From Cladosporium halotolerans (lineage: Eukaryota), in NCBI RefSeq assembly GCF_011745625.1, contig NW_027191513.1, positions 1 to 54,758 on the forward strand: DNA of 54,758 nucleotides, given 5' to 3'. The position numbers and the translations under genes are program-made. The notes beneath the pieces are model-generated. The model was not told where the DNA came from. It worked only from the letters and a program-made list of their open reading frames with translations, and ran no database searches. Positions within the stretch are counted from its first letter, which is position 1; every line of letters starts with the position of its first letter. Below, one piece after another: positions 1 through 11,791 of this stretch.

Positions 1-103
1 TTCATTCCCAGACATCCATGTTCATATCATGTCGGAATGATGAACATGACATGACGTAATGAACATAATGAACATAATGGACTGTCGGTGTACTCTCTGC
101 TAG

Positions 104-635
104 TGTCATTTCCACGTCCCGTCACGCGCTTCCTCAACTAGCACCACTGACGAAACGAGCTGGTGTTGCGAAGGGTGCTTACGTGCTCCGCGAGAATGCG
201 GAGGCTACTCTGACCATCATCGGAGTCGGTGCAGAGCTGAGCCTCGCGCTGCAAGTTGCCGACCAATTAGAGAAATCAGGCCAGGCTAAGGTCCGCGTCA
301 TTTCCTTCCCTTGCCAGCGTCTTTTCGACAATCAGGACCTTGAGTACAAGCGTTCCGTCCTCCAGCGCCGCTCAGACAGACCAATAGTTGTCATTGAGCC
401 CTACGCCGCAAACGGCTGGGAGCGCTACGCCAACGCTGCTTGCTGCATGAGCACGGCGAGATTTGGACATTCACTACCCGGCCCTGTCGCTTACCAGTAT
501 TTCGGTTTCACGGTTGATAAGATCTGCGAGAAGATGGTTGGGTATATTGAGACTGTCAGGCAGCAGCCAGAGGCGATTCACGAGTTTTATGAGTTTACGG
601 AGTCGGATGATAAGGCCAGCGTTCGCATCCATTGA
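104..635 (+). CDS. Transketolase/dihydroxyacetone synthase-like protein, 3' part only (gene begins upstream of the window)
   Basis: After a putative acceptor TAG at 101-103 the frame reads VISTSRHALPQL...GVAKGAYVLRE...IIGVGAEL...VRVISFPCQRLF...IEPYAANGWERYA...FGHSLPG. These are transketolase C-terminal motifs of the fungal DHAS-like type. An in-frame TAA at 75-77 implies an intron upstream. Confidence 0.85.
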
Positions 636-1380
636 GCTGCCGGTAATTCGAATTGTTTGTTGCATCACAATTTATTTGTCGCTGTAATAGATCCACAGAT
701 AGAGCGATTGCAGGATTACGCTCAATCAGTTCACGAACGCCAAAGGCTTATCAAACGCTTTTTCCTGAGGCCGCGAATACGCATCTCATTGAGGCAGGTT
801 ATGCAATCATATGTTTGGTGTCTCGGCGTTTGCGGGCCTTCCTACGCGAGCCATGGGCGGTGGCTTGAATCACCCTGATGGGCACACGGAGCTGCTACCG
901 TCGAAATATTTACACATGGGAGCACGTGGCAGACGTTGCGGGTATGTGAAATCGGTACCATGCGGCATTTTGGATCATCACTCGGCGATTGAAGGTAGAA
1001 GAATGTGGTGCTGCGTGACTCGCGACAGGAAGATCTTTCTGCCAGGGGACACCGTTGATAGGCTAGGCTGTATACGGCACGGTAAGCGCCGGCGGCGCTT
1101 AGATCTCACGTCGCAGTTCCAACCGCAGCGCAAGCGGGTGTAGCAGGTACACTTTTCGTACGCCTCGCCACACCCTGCGTTTCCGCTTTCCTGCGCTACC
1201 AGAGAGCGTGTTCAGTCATTACACCATCGTGAGTGACCCGCTCGCAGGCGTAATGTATTTAGGTTTGGGTGAACTCGCCGTGAGCTATGGCTTCCTAATG
1301 ACTACCCTTTTTCTTGCCCTCCTTTCTCTCTGCCTGACTTGAAGCGATCGATTGAAGCGTGCGACTTGTACTTCGTCAAA

Positions 1381-2451
1381 ATGTCGCCATCCGCTACCAA
1401 CGGTATTCTCGACGAGAGAATCGTCAGTGATATCTCGCTGCCTGCGGACGTCCCTGAATCCAACCAGACTGCTGCTGGTGTCCCTGGCGATCAACTCTTC
1501 TCTCTCAAGAACCAGACCATCCTCATCACTGGTGCTGGACGAGGCCTCGGGATTGAACTTGCTCTCGGTGTCGTCGAGAATGGCGGCCACGTCGCAGCTC
1601 TAGACATCCTGGACGCGCCCTCCGCGGAGTGGGAGACTCTCCAAAAAACCGCGAAGCTGCGAGGCGTGACCGCCACCTACAGGAAGGCCGATATCACCGA
1701 CGAAGAGGACTTTGTTTCTGCCGTGGCAGAAATCTCATCGAGGGGACGATCGCTCAATGCTCCGCTTCAAGGTGCCATTGCTTGCGCTGGCATCCAGCAG
1801 AAAATTCCCACATTGGAGTATCCTGTCGCGGATTTTGAGAAAATGCTGAGAGTGAACACAATCGGTATGTGCTTCGCGTGCTCTATTGGCAGGGTTCCGA
1901 GCACTGGTACTAATGGCTAATATAGGTTCCTTCATCACTGCCAAAGCTGTGGCGAACGACATGGTCGCCAACAAGATCCAGGGAAGCATCGTGTTGATTG
2001 CTTCGATGTCGGGAAGCATTGCGAACAGGGTTAGTGTAAACGTCCAATGATCGACGTGAAGCATCTTCTGACATTGCATAGGGATTGACTTGCAGCGCAT
2101 ACAACACAAGTAAAGCAGGTGTGCACCAGCTGTGCAGGTCGATGGCTCAAGAAATTGGCCAGTACGGCATTCGTATCAACACATTGTCCCCGGGCGTAAG
2201 TGATTTCTCGTTCCTCGATCTGCGAAACGATTGGCTAACATTCATCTTAGTACATCCGAACAGCAATGACGGATGCCCTCCTGGCGGCGGAGCCTGAAGT
2301 TGAGAAGACGTGGATGGCTGGTGCTTTGCTCGGACGTCTTGGTGCGCCGGAAGATTTCAAGGCTCCCGCTGTGTTTTTGTTGTCGCGGGGAAGCAGCTTT
2401 GTTACTGGTACCGATCTGAGAGTAGACGGAGGTCATACTGCTGCAGTTTGA
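1381..2451 (+). CDS. Short-chain dehydrogenase/reductase, polyol dehydrogenase-like (D-arabinitol 2-dehydrogenase/sorbose reductase-like)
   Basis: Exons 1381-1864, 1926-2029, 2082-2195, 2251-2451 with GT..AG introns. Rossmann TGAGRGLG, acidic ALD after beta2 (NAD-type), IASMSG, catalytic YNTSK, INTLSPG, VTGTDLRVDGG. Confidence 0.92.
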
Positions 2452-3205
2452 TTATGGATATAATGAAGTGGTTTTTTGTTCAAGGTGGTCTTTGTCTCCG
2501 CACGCTGCTGCGTACTATCTCCTCTCGATCAGCGCAACAGAGAAGGTCAACATGAGCATATAAACAGCGCCATGAAGGGTTTCGAAGATACTGGACGAGT
2601 TATGTGCATAATGATTGTTGTGAAACATCACCTCCGACCATTGGGCTCGTTCTGTGTGAGCCGTCGGATGCTACAAACTTATCTCGCGACCGGGATGGCC
2701 ACGCGATTGATCGGCGCGAGGATGCAAAGAGAACCCACGAACCCCTCCATGACGCTACATCTGGAGCTTCAAATTGAGTTGCGGCAGAACGATGTGAAAC
2801 TGTGGGGATGCTTTGACGCCGAAGGCCGTGTTGAAGTCTGATTTTCAGTCCTACCCAAGACGCTTGTGACTGCCGCTTTGGGCAGGCATTGGCGCTCTCA
2901 CCACGGGGCCCATCGAGGTCCGATATAGATAGCTGGCGCTTAGCGTTTGAAGTCATGTCGTCGCGAAGAAAAAGCCGCAATTCGAATACAGATGTTGCGG
3001 GCCGTAATCGGCAAGGCTCGCTCGGGGGATATGCTTCGCCGGTCTATCGAACATGCAACGTCAGAGCGAATGGGTGCATATAACGACCCCAGATCCCCAT
3101 CATGTTCGACCCCAGTACCCCAGGTTCTCGTTCGGTATCGTTGATTGAATCGAGTCCCAGAAGCATTGCGCTGAGGATACTAGCGCTCTTTTCGCAATTG
3201 CAACC

Positions 3206-5024
3206 ATGATGCAACTCACCGGGCGACCACTCAACTGGGCCATCACGGCCACGGCTGGATCTGGCTTCTTGTTGATGGGATATGGTATCTCTCTTTCCAA
3301 AGTCAACCCGAAGCCGCTTGCTGACCTCTGAGACAGACCAGGGAGTAATGAGTGGCCTACTTACAGGAGCTGCATTCACCAGACAGTTTCCTGAGATCAA
3401 TACGACGACTGGCAACGGCAGCGATTCTCTTCAAGGACTCGTAGTCGCAATCTATGAGATTGGTTGCTTTGCCGGCTCTTTGCTCTGCTTGTTCGCTGGC
3501 GAAAGGCTCGGTCGAAAGAATTGTATTTGGCTGGGCTGTTTAATCCTGACCATTGGAGCAGTACTGCAGGCCGCAGCATACGGAATCCCTCAGATGATCG
3601 TTGGCAGAATCGTGGCAGGAGTCGGCAATGGCATGAACACCAGCACAATTCGTTCGTTTCCACGTGCCTTCGTTGAGGTGAAAGGCTAACACGCGGCAGC
3701 TGTCTGGCACTCCGAGCTCATGCAAGCCCACAAACGCGGCAAAGGCCTCTCGATCGAGTTCGCAATCAACATTTTCGGGGTGATGTTGGCATACTGGGTC
3801 GATTATGGCTTTTCGTACATCGATAATGACGCCCAGTTCCGCTTTCCCTTGGCCTTGCAGATCTTGTTTGCGTTGGTGACAGCCGTGAACCTTTGCTTTC
3901 TGCCGGAGTCACCGCGCTGGTAGGTCCCTCATACTTCACTTCTCGCTAGCGTACGGTACTAATAAGATAAAGGCTCATTGCCCACGATCGCTCTGACGAA
4001 GCCGTTGCCATCCTCCGTCGCCTTTACACTCAGTCTGGAAAGCTTACGATCGACGCCGAAGAGGTGGACCGAGAAGCTACCCGGATCAAAGAGACTGTCG
4101 ACGAAGAACGTGAGGCTGCGTCTGGAAGCTCGTTTAAGGCCCTGCTCAAAAACGGCACTCAGAAGTTCCGGTATCGTACGCTCCTCGGTATCGGCGGACA
4201 ATTCATCCAGCAATTGAGCGGAATTAATTTGATTACCTACTACGCACCGAGCATCTTCCAAAGGAGCGTTGGGTTGTCGTACAATCTCTCCCTGCTTCTC
4301 GCAGGCTTCAATGGAGTGGCGTACTTCGTGTCCTCGCTACCACCAATCTGGATCATGGACCGCTTTGGACGACGCAAGCTGATGCTGTTTGCATGCATCG
4401 GCATGTGCTCTTGCATGGCTATATTGGCTGGAACAATTTCCAACGGCAATACAACTTCGGGAATTATCGCGACCGTGATGCTGTTCATGTTCAATTTCTT
4501 CTTCGCCGTGGGCTTGCTGGCCATTCCGTGGCTCCTCCCTGCCGAATACGCGCCGTTGGCCATCAGAACTCGTGCGGCATCTTTGGCTTCAGCATCGAAT
4601 TGGATCTTCACCTTCTTGGTGGTTCAAATAACGTGCGTATGCCAATCACTTCACACAGTGAGATCGGCCGGCTGACAAACTCCAAGGCCAATCTCAATCG
4701 GAAGCATTGGATGGAAGACGTATCTCTACTTTGCCATCTTCAATGCGGCCTTCATTCCGATCATCTATTTCTTCTGTAAGCTGTCAGAAAAGTCCACGAC
4801 GGCGCGCCACCTACTGACACCAGAGATCAGACCCTGAAACCCGCAACCTCTCACTGGAGGAGATCGACTGCCTGTTCACGGGCCCTAAGATTGTAATGCA
4901 CATCGAGGATGCAGAGATAGATCTTGAGACCATGAGACCACATTTGGCTAGGGAGGCTGAGATGCACAGGAAGTTTTCGGTCGAGCATGTTGACATGGGT
5001 CCAAAGAGTTCGGAGAAAGCGTAG
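3206..5024 (+). CDS. MFS sugar porter, STL1-like sugar/polyol:H+ symporter
   Basis: Exons 3206-3284, 3337-3651, 3700-3919, 3973-4632, 4687-4775, 4831-5024. Sugar-porter motifs GYDQG, GERLGRK, PESPRW, QQLSGINLITYY, DRFGRR, PETRNLSLEEID. Confidence 0.93.
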
Positions 5025-5380
5025 CTAGGAGGCTATGGCTCGCAAGACATCGGAAACATGAGCAAACAGCTCATGACTTCAAGACTGCAATGACGAAGTA
5101 TGTTCTTGAGATGGCGCATGTAAGTTAGGGTATCTTTAAGGTTCTGTTATTTAAGGTTCCAGTATCTGTGCATCAAGCGCGGAGGAGTCTCTCCGTGGGG
5201 TGGTGGTGCCAAGCGAAGCTTCAGTGTGGCTCCAGTTGCCTTCTAGGTCCAACGGTGGATCAACCCGTTGTCTCCGCTTCGTCGCCGATTTCCCTCTAAT
5301 GAATGATGGCCAGGCCATCCGTAACATCGATCCTTGAGGAATTACGACTTGAATGGCCTTGAAGCACTATCAAATCCAAA

Positions 5381-7698
5381 ATGGCAGATGAAGCAGCGGC
5401 AGCTGCAGGTCAGAAACGACGAAGGACACGATCCGGATGCTTGAACTGTCGAAGGAAGCGCAAGAAATGTGAGCGGATTGTGATCAGTACCACCAATGTA
5501 TGCTAAGACGTGACATTCTGACCCTGTATAGGTGACGAGAAGCGGCCACGATGCGTAAAATGCGAGCGTGGAAATGAGACCTGTGAATGGGACTCTTTCG
5601 TCAAGTTTCAACCGCCAACAGGACTTCCGCCTTCTACAACGCACGGCTTGTCTGGACCGATCACACTGCAGATCGGCTCTGATTCGGAGGTTAGTCGACT
5701 TGAGGATATTCGCATCTTTCCGTTTCCTGCGAACTTTGAATCTTATTGAGTTCAGGACACAGTAGAAGTGTCGGCAACGTATTCCCCTGGACCTGATTCA
5801 AGGGAGCGTGGCCCTCGTGCGAGTGACTGGGAGAGAGCGCAACGACAGAATGACCATGAAGCGCCTGCTATTCGTTCTTCCGTGGGAGCGAACCCTCTCA
5901 TTCATCCACAGAAAAGGCGTCGTGCCCAGAGTCTCAACAACCATGGTCTCGGAGAAATGAGCTCACGGCCCAGCATCTCACGAACATCAAGTCTGCGCAA
6001 CGACGAGAATACGGAGAGTCACTTGCAGCGCTCAAGCCCTAGTTCCGCACCATCTGGTGGGTACTCAGGCTCGCGCGGTCTCGATGACACTGGCCATGCC
6101 CATGAGCCATACGTCGTTCCTCAGCCATCGCAGAAGTCGAACGATCGCCCTGCAATGGTTTCTCCCTCACAGTATAGCGAATCTTGGTCTGCTCATGAGA
6201 TGAGAAGCTTCGTGGAGAATCCGCACCTGGACCTCAGCCAACTACCCGAACATATGCTTTCCCCTAGCATTTCTTCGGGTTACCAGAATGAAGACGGCGT
6301 CTTTGAGCCTGGCTCCAGATACCGGGATTTGTTCAAGGAACTGCGAAATCAAGTCATCAAGACTGCACACTTCGACTCAGAACCTGAAAATGCGCGTACG
6401 TCCATGGTCAGGGAGCGTGAAGCTTCTGCTACTTATCCTGTGGAGACCTACAGCTTTCAAGATTCAGGCGTGCCAGATTCCCATGGTATGAATGGTGAAT
6501 CCTCGACGTTGCATTCCTTCAAGCTTCAACCCGCCCAGGAGTTCCTTCTCTGGAAAGCATGGACCGAAGAGGTTTCAGGTTGGGTAAGTCAAACTCGCGG
6601 TCCTGAGCGGAATGCTTGCTGAACGTTCCCCAGCTAGACAAGTACGATGCTCAAACTCACTTTCGCGATACTTTTCCTATCATTGCCAGAGGAAGACCGC
6701 ACCTCAAATATGCGATGCTTTCATTGAGCGCACGGTATTTGGAAACGAGGAACAAGAACATACCGCCGTCGCTTACTCTTGCGCTGTATCAGCATTCAAT
6801 TCAGCTGTTGGTACCTCAGCTGTATATGCGAGATATCGCCGTCATCGCCTCGTGCGTCGTGCTTTGCGTACTGGAGATGTTCAGCTGCTCTCCCAAAGCA
6901 TGGCGAAGGCATCTGGACGGATGTGCCAGCTTGATGCAGTCTCTGAATCTCCGCGGTGACAGCGGTGGCCCTGAAGAAGCTGTGTTCTGGTGCTTCGCTC
7001 GTATGGATCTTTGTGGGGGGCTGATCTCCCTCGAAAGAACGCTAATACCAATCGACAAATGGACTTCTGAATCCATTACAGAGGTCACCGTCAGCTCTTA
7101 CCCTCGCACGGGAGCATTCCAAGACTATGCTAAGATGATTTCCAACCTGATCGCGCAGGCGATGGATCTCTTTGCGTCTTACCACGCGTCAGAAGGCGCG
7201 TTTGGTTTCGCGAGCGCAAACCCAACGCAAAATGAAGCTTACGGTCAACGGTGGCGGCGCCTTTTCGATAACGTGCTAGAATGGTTCGACACGCGGCCGA
7301 CGGAGATGCTTCCCGTGATGTCAATGTCTGCCAAAGAATCTGGGTCCGCTTTCCCGACAGTGCTGTACAGCAATGCGGCAGCGATCTCTGGAAATCAATT
7401 TGCGCACACAGCCGCGATCATGATGCTCCAGCGAAAGCCTCGCGATATGGTCCTGGGGAAAGTCCGCTCGATCCTCTGGCATGCGCGTCAGATCTGCGGC
7501 ATTGCTCTCTCGAACGATCATCATGGGGCTTGGACGAACACAGTTCAGCCTATCTGGATTGCAGGCCGGTTAATGAGTCATCCGCAAGAGCATGCAGCGA
7601 TTGTGGCTTTACTTGGGCGTATCGAGAGGGAGACTGGTTGGGCTACTCAGTGGAGGATTGACGATCTGATGGAGCATTGGGGGGATCCGGATGATTAA
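5381..7698 (+). CDS. Zn(II)2Cys6 transcription factor with a Fungal_trans_2-like domain
   Basis: Exons 5381-5468, 5532-5689, 5756-6583, 6634-7698. Spliced N-terminus RTRSGCLNCRRKRKKCDEKRPRCVKCERGNETC; C-terminal WLDKYD...WRRHLDG...FWCFARMD...IERETGW. Confidence 0.9.
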
Positions 7699-8290
7699 TG
7701 ACTGGCTACATCTCGCCAGGTACAGTTAAAGTCATTTTCTGACGAGCGTAAAACAAGTTGACACTCATTCGTCGATTATGAGCCGGCAGCATACACTAAA
7801 GTGCTTATGGAGTGCTCCAAAAATCTCCAGCAGTGTTGCTTTTGTTTTGGTTCCATGAAATTTGTTGTTAGCTAAGGGTAAACTCCATTGCTCAACACAT
7901 ACCGGATTGTATTTCTGTGGAACGTTTTGGGAATTTTCATAAGCTGATCTAGATGTCTGCGATCAGGCTCTCTTCTTGAATACCCTCACGGACTGCTTGT
8001 TATTCGTGCTCTTGTCCGCGTTCATGCTGCATCCTTGTGCAAGTTCGTGCAGCCAATAAACGTGAAGTTGCCGAAGTCCGGGGAACGGGAGCGCGGGTTC
8101 CTGCATATGCATAAAGTTTAATCAACGTTCATCGCACCACTCCACGGCTTGGTGAATACACCCAGCATCTACCGATTTTACCGCCACCTACATTAGATAC
8201 AGTTGCGACAACTTCTTCAATTGTGCAAGTTGCTTGAGGAGAATTTTACAGCTATCCAAGGACGGTCATATTCAGATTTCTTCACCCACA

Positions 8291-10726
8291 ATGAGCGTCA
8301 GGAGGCGAGGCGAGACGAAACAAACCAATGGCTCCGCCAGTGGAACAGTAAAAGCGGCCTCCAATGCTGCCGTAGACCCTAAGACCGATCACACAAGGTG
8401 GAGACTGCGGAACGATGATGGTAGGCAAACGTGGCACTACCTCGAATCCGATGAGGAGCTCAAGGCCTGGCCAATGTCTGCTGCAGACAAGTATTACCTG
8501 GGGATGGACACCGTGAGCATCTCTGTCATCCACACAAACCGTCCTCAGTCTGATTGTATCGCTAGGGAGCCCCAACACTAGGCAATGCAAACACAGCTTT
8601 GCAAGCAGCCGAGAACGGCCTGGCGTTCTACTCGCGTTTGCAGCTCGAACCCGGCAACTGGGGCTGCGAGTACGGAGGGCCCATGTTTCTGCTCCCCGGT
8701 CTCGTCATCACTCTGTATGTGACAGACAAGCGGTTGTCTCGGCCGGAGGAGATGGAGATTGTGCGCTACATCTTCACCATGCAGAACGTGGGCTCTAAGA
8801 ACGACGGCAAGGGCGGCTGGGGCTTGCATACCGAAGGCGATTCGACGGTCTTCGGCACAGCTATGAACTACACCACGCTCCGACTTCTCGGCGTTTCGAA
8901 GGATGACCCGCGGATGCAGATTGCGAGAAAGTGCCTGCATGACTTGGGCAGCGCGATGAATGGCCCTCACTGGGCCAAATTCTGGCTTTCGGTGCTCGGT
9001 GTTTCTGGCTGGGATCTCGTGAACCCGGTGCCACCAGAGCTATGGTTGTTGCCAGACTGGGTGCCGATCTCACCTTGGCGATGGTGGATCCACATGCGGC
9101 AAGTGTATCTGCCCATGGGCCATATCTGGTCGAAGAAGTGGTCTTACCCACGCGCAGAGACGGACCCTTTGATCAAGGAGATTCGAAAGGAGATCTTCAC
9201 GCAGCCCTTCGAGTGGTCGCGATACAGGAACCACATCAGTCCCATTGATAACTACAATCCCAAGAGCTGGGTACTGAATCTGATCAACTGGATTCTTGTG
9301 ATCATTTACATCCCCTTCCTGCGCTTCGACTGGCTCGTCAAGCGAGCAGAGGCATGGACCTGGGCAATGATACAAATCGAGGACAAGAACACCAACTACG
9401 CCGCCCTGGCGCCCGTCAATTCGCCGATGAACATGCTGTGCTGCTTCATCGAAGAAGGCCCGGATGCCGAGTCTGTCAAGCGCCACCGTGAGCACCTGCA
9501 CGATTTCCTCTGGATGTCCAAGAACGGCATGATGATGAACGGCACCGACGGAGTGCAGACGTGGGACACCGCCTTCACCATCCAAGCGCTTGTCGGCGCC
9601 GGCCTGGCAGATGACCCGAAGTACAAACCCATGATGGAGAAAGCCCTCCGCTTTCTCGAAAGCCAGCAATTCACTTCCCACCCGCACGGCTACGAGACCT
9701 CCTCCGCCTACTCCGACCCGCCCACCGCCAAAACCACCCCCGAAGCAGGCTACCGCCAAGCCCGCCGCGGGGCCTGGGGCTTCAGCACCAGAAGTCAAGG
9801 CTACACTGTCTCAGACTGCACCTCCGAGGCTCTCAAGGCCATCCTCGAACTACAGGAACTCCCCTCCGCCCAAGGCAAGGGCAAAGTCTTCCCCGAGATC
9901 ATGGACTTCGAACGCCTCCGCTGGGCCGCGGATATCATCCTCAGCATGCAGAACACCACCGGCGGCGTCGCGTCGTACGAAATCCGCCGCGGCAGCGAGA
10001 AGCTCGAGTACCTCAACGCTGCGGAGGTCTTCGGCCGCATCATGGTCGAGTACGACTACCCGGAGTGCACGACTTCTTGCGTCACGGCTATGCACTTGTT
10101 CAGCAAGGCATTCCCGGACTACCGCAGGGAGGACGTCGAGGAGTTTCAGAAGCGTGCTGTACAGTGGATTCGCACGGATCAGCGCCCGGACGGGTCTTGG
10201 TACGGCAGCTGGGCGATCTGCTTCACTTACGCGGCGATGTTTGCGTTGGAGTCGCTCGCGACGCAAGGAGAGACGTATGAAACTTCTGAGCGCGTGAGGA
10301 GGGCATGTAAGTTCCTTGTTGACAAGCAGAATGAAGATGGAGGTTGGGGAGAGAGTTACCGCAGCTGCGAGCTGGGTGTCTGGGTCGATCACCCGGACGG
10401 CAGCCAGGTCGTGAACACGGCTTGGACGGTCATTGCGCTGCTAGAGGCTGGGTACGCGGAGCGCAGCGTACTGGAGAAGGCTGTGAAATTGCTCATGCAG
10501 AGGCAGCAGGAGAATGGAGAGTGGTTGCAGGAGGGTATTGAGGGTGTGTTCAACAAGAGCTGGTGAGTCCTTCTATTTCCTCTCTTTCGATCGTCGATGC
10601 AGAGCGGTTGCGCTAACTAACATATCTCGCAGCATGATCTCTTACCCGAACTACAAGTTCATCTTCCCTATCAAGGCGCTGGGCATGTTCGCAAGGAAGT
10701 TCGACAACCCGCAGATCGACCCCTGA
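8291..10726 (+). CDS. ERG7: Lanosterol synthase (2,3-oxidosqualene cyclase)
   Basis: Exons 8291-8512, 8566-10562, 10633-10726. GRQTW, YGGPMFL, GGWGLH, WWIHMR, GVQTWD, catalytic GYTVSDCTSE, QW repeats (QRPDGSW, QNEDGGW, QQENGEW) and spliced NKSCMISYPNYK. The His/Thr/Val residues typical of lanosterol synthases are present. Confidence 0.96.
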
Positions 10727-11791
10727 GCACCCAGATTACGAATGAGGCACGCTCACCCGCGAAGCCGGCTCTACACACGGTTGCCCGTCAAGAAAAGCAA
10801 GCTTTACATCTTAAGATCACTTCACCCGACAACCCGACTGAAGCTGCATTTGTTGACCTTGCTGCGGTGTCTTACTATATATGAATAATCAGATAAAAGT
10901 AATATTTCCCCGTTTGCCTAACACCTATACCCGATCTCACCAAGCCAAAATCGAAAATTCGTGCCTTCAAATGCCTACTTGTGCATGAACCGATGACTCC
11001 TGCGTTCTACACGAAGGAGGACAAACGCCAAATCAAGGAGGTAGGTTCACATGGGAATCGAGTATGGCAGAGAATATGGAGAAGTCGCACGGGCATGCCA
11101 CGTAGAGACTCTTTTTGAGACGTAAAGGTAGAGAAAGGCCCGCCTCGATCCAGCATCTCATGACGCGACCCCAGGCAGCACGTCGACTTATGAGAAAAAG
11201 GAGCCGGAGACTTCGAGGTGAGAAATACCATTGTCAATCTTTTCCAGTCAAATGAGGGTTCAAAGTACCACACGAGAAAAAGTCAGGAGTGTAAAAAAAG
11301 GAAACAACAATGATGAAATAAAATAACACAAATGATAAAAATAAAAGAAGAACCCCACACGCAACCCTTTGATCAACCCAACTTAAACCCACAACCCTTA
11401 GCCCTCCAAACTCCGTGTCCGCCCACCATGTGGGGAGGACAAGGAAGATGAACGGTTGATTTTCCCGACGCCTCGCTAAAACTTTGGTTCTTCAGCAGCT
11501 CGCAGCTCTCTCCTTTTAACCGGCGCCTTCGCTAATGTTTGGATGGTAAGACCCTGCAACGACCAACCCCTCCTCCTCGCATGTTTCCCTTCCTTTCGCT
11601 TTCCGCCCCGTCCCTTCCTGAGATCCCCGTTTCCGTTTTTGTGAATGCCGTTCACAATGCCGCTCGCGTGTGTAATCAAGAAAGAGATGTTGCAAGAATT
11701 TCGACTTTTTTTTGTTTCGTTTTGCGTTTGATAGTTCGGTCCGGTGTTGTTAAGAATGTCGACGGTGAGGCTCGGTTGCAAGGCCAAGCAT

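Noticed and set aside
8291..10726. Oxidosqualene cyclase as the core of a triterpenoid gene cluster
   Set aside because: It has lanosterol-synthase residues and NKSCMIS rather than the protostadienol-synthase APPGGMR, and no P450 or acyltransferase lies nearby.
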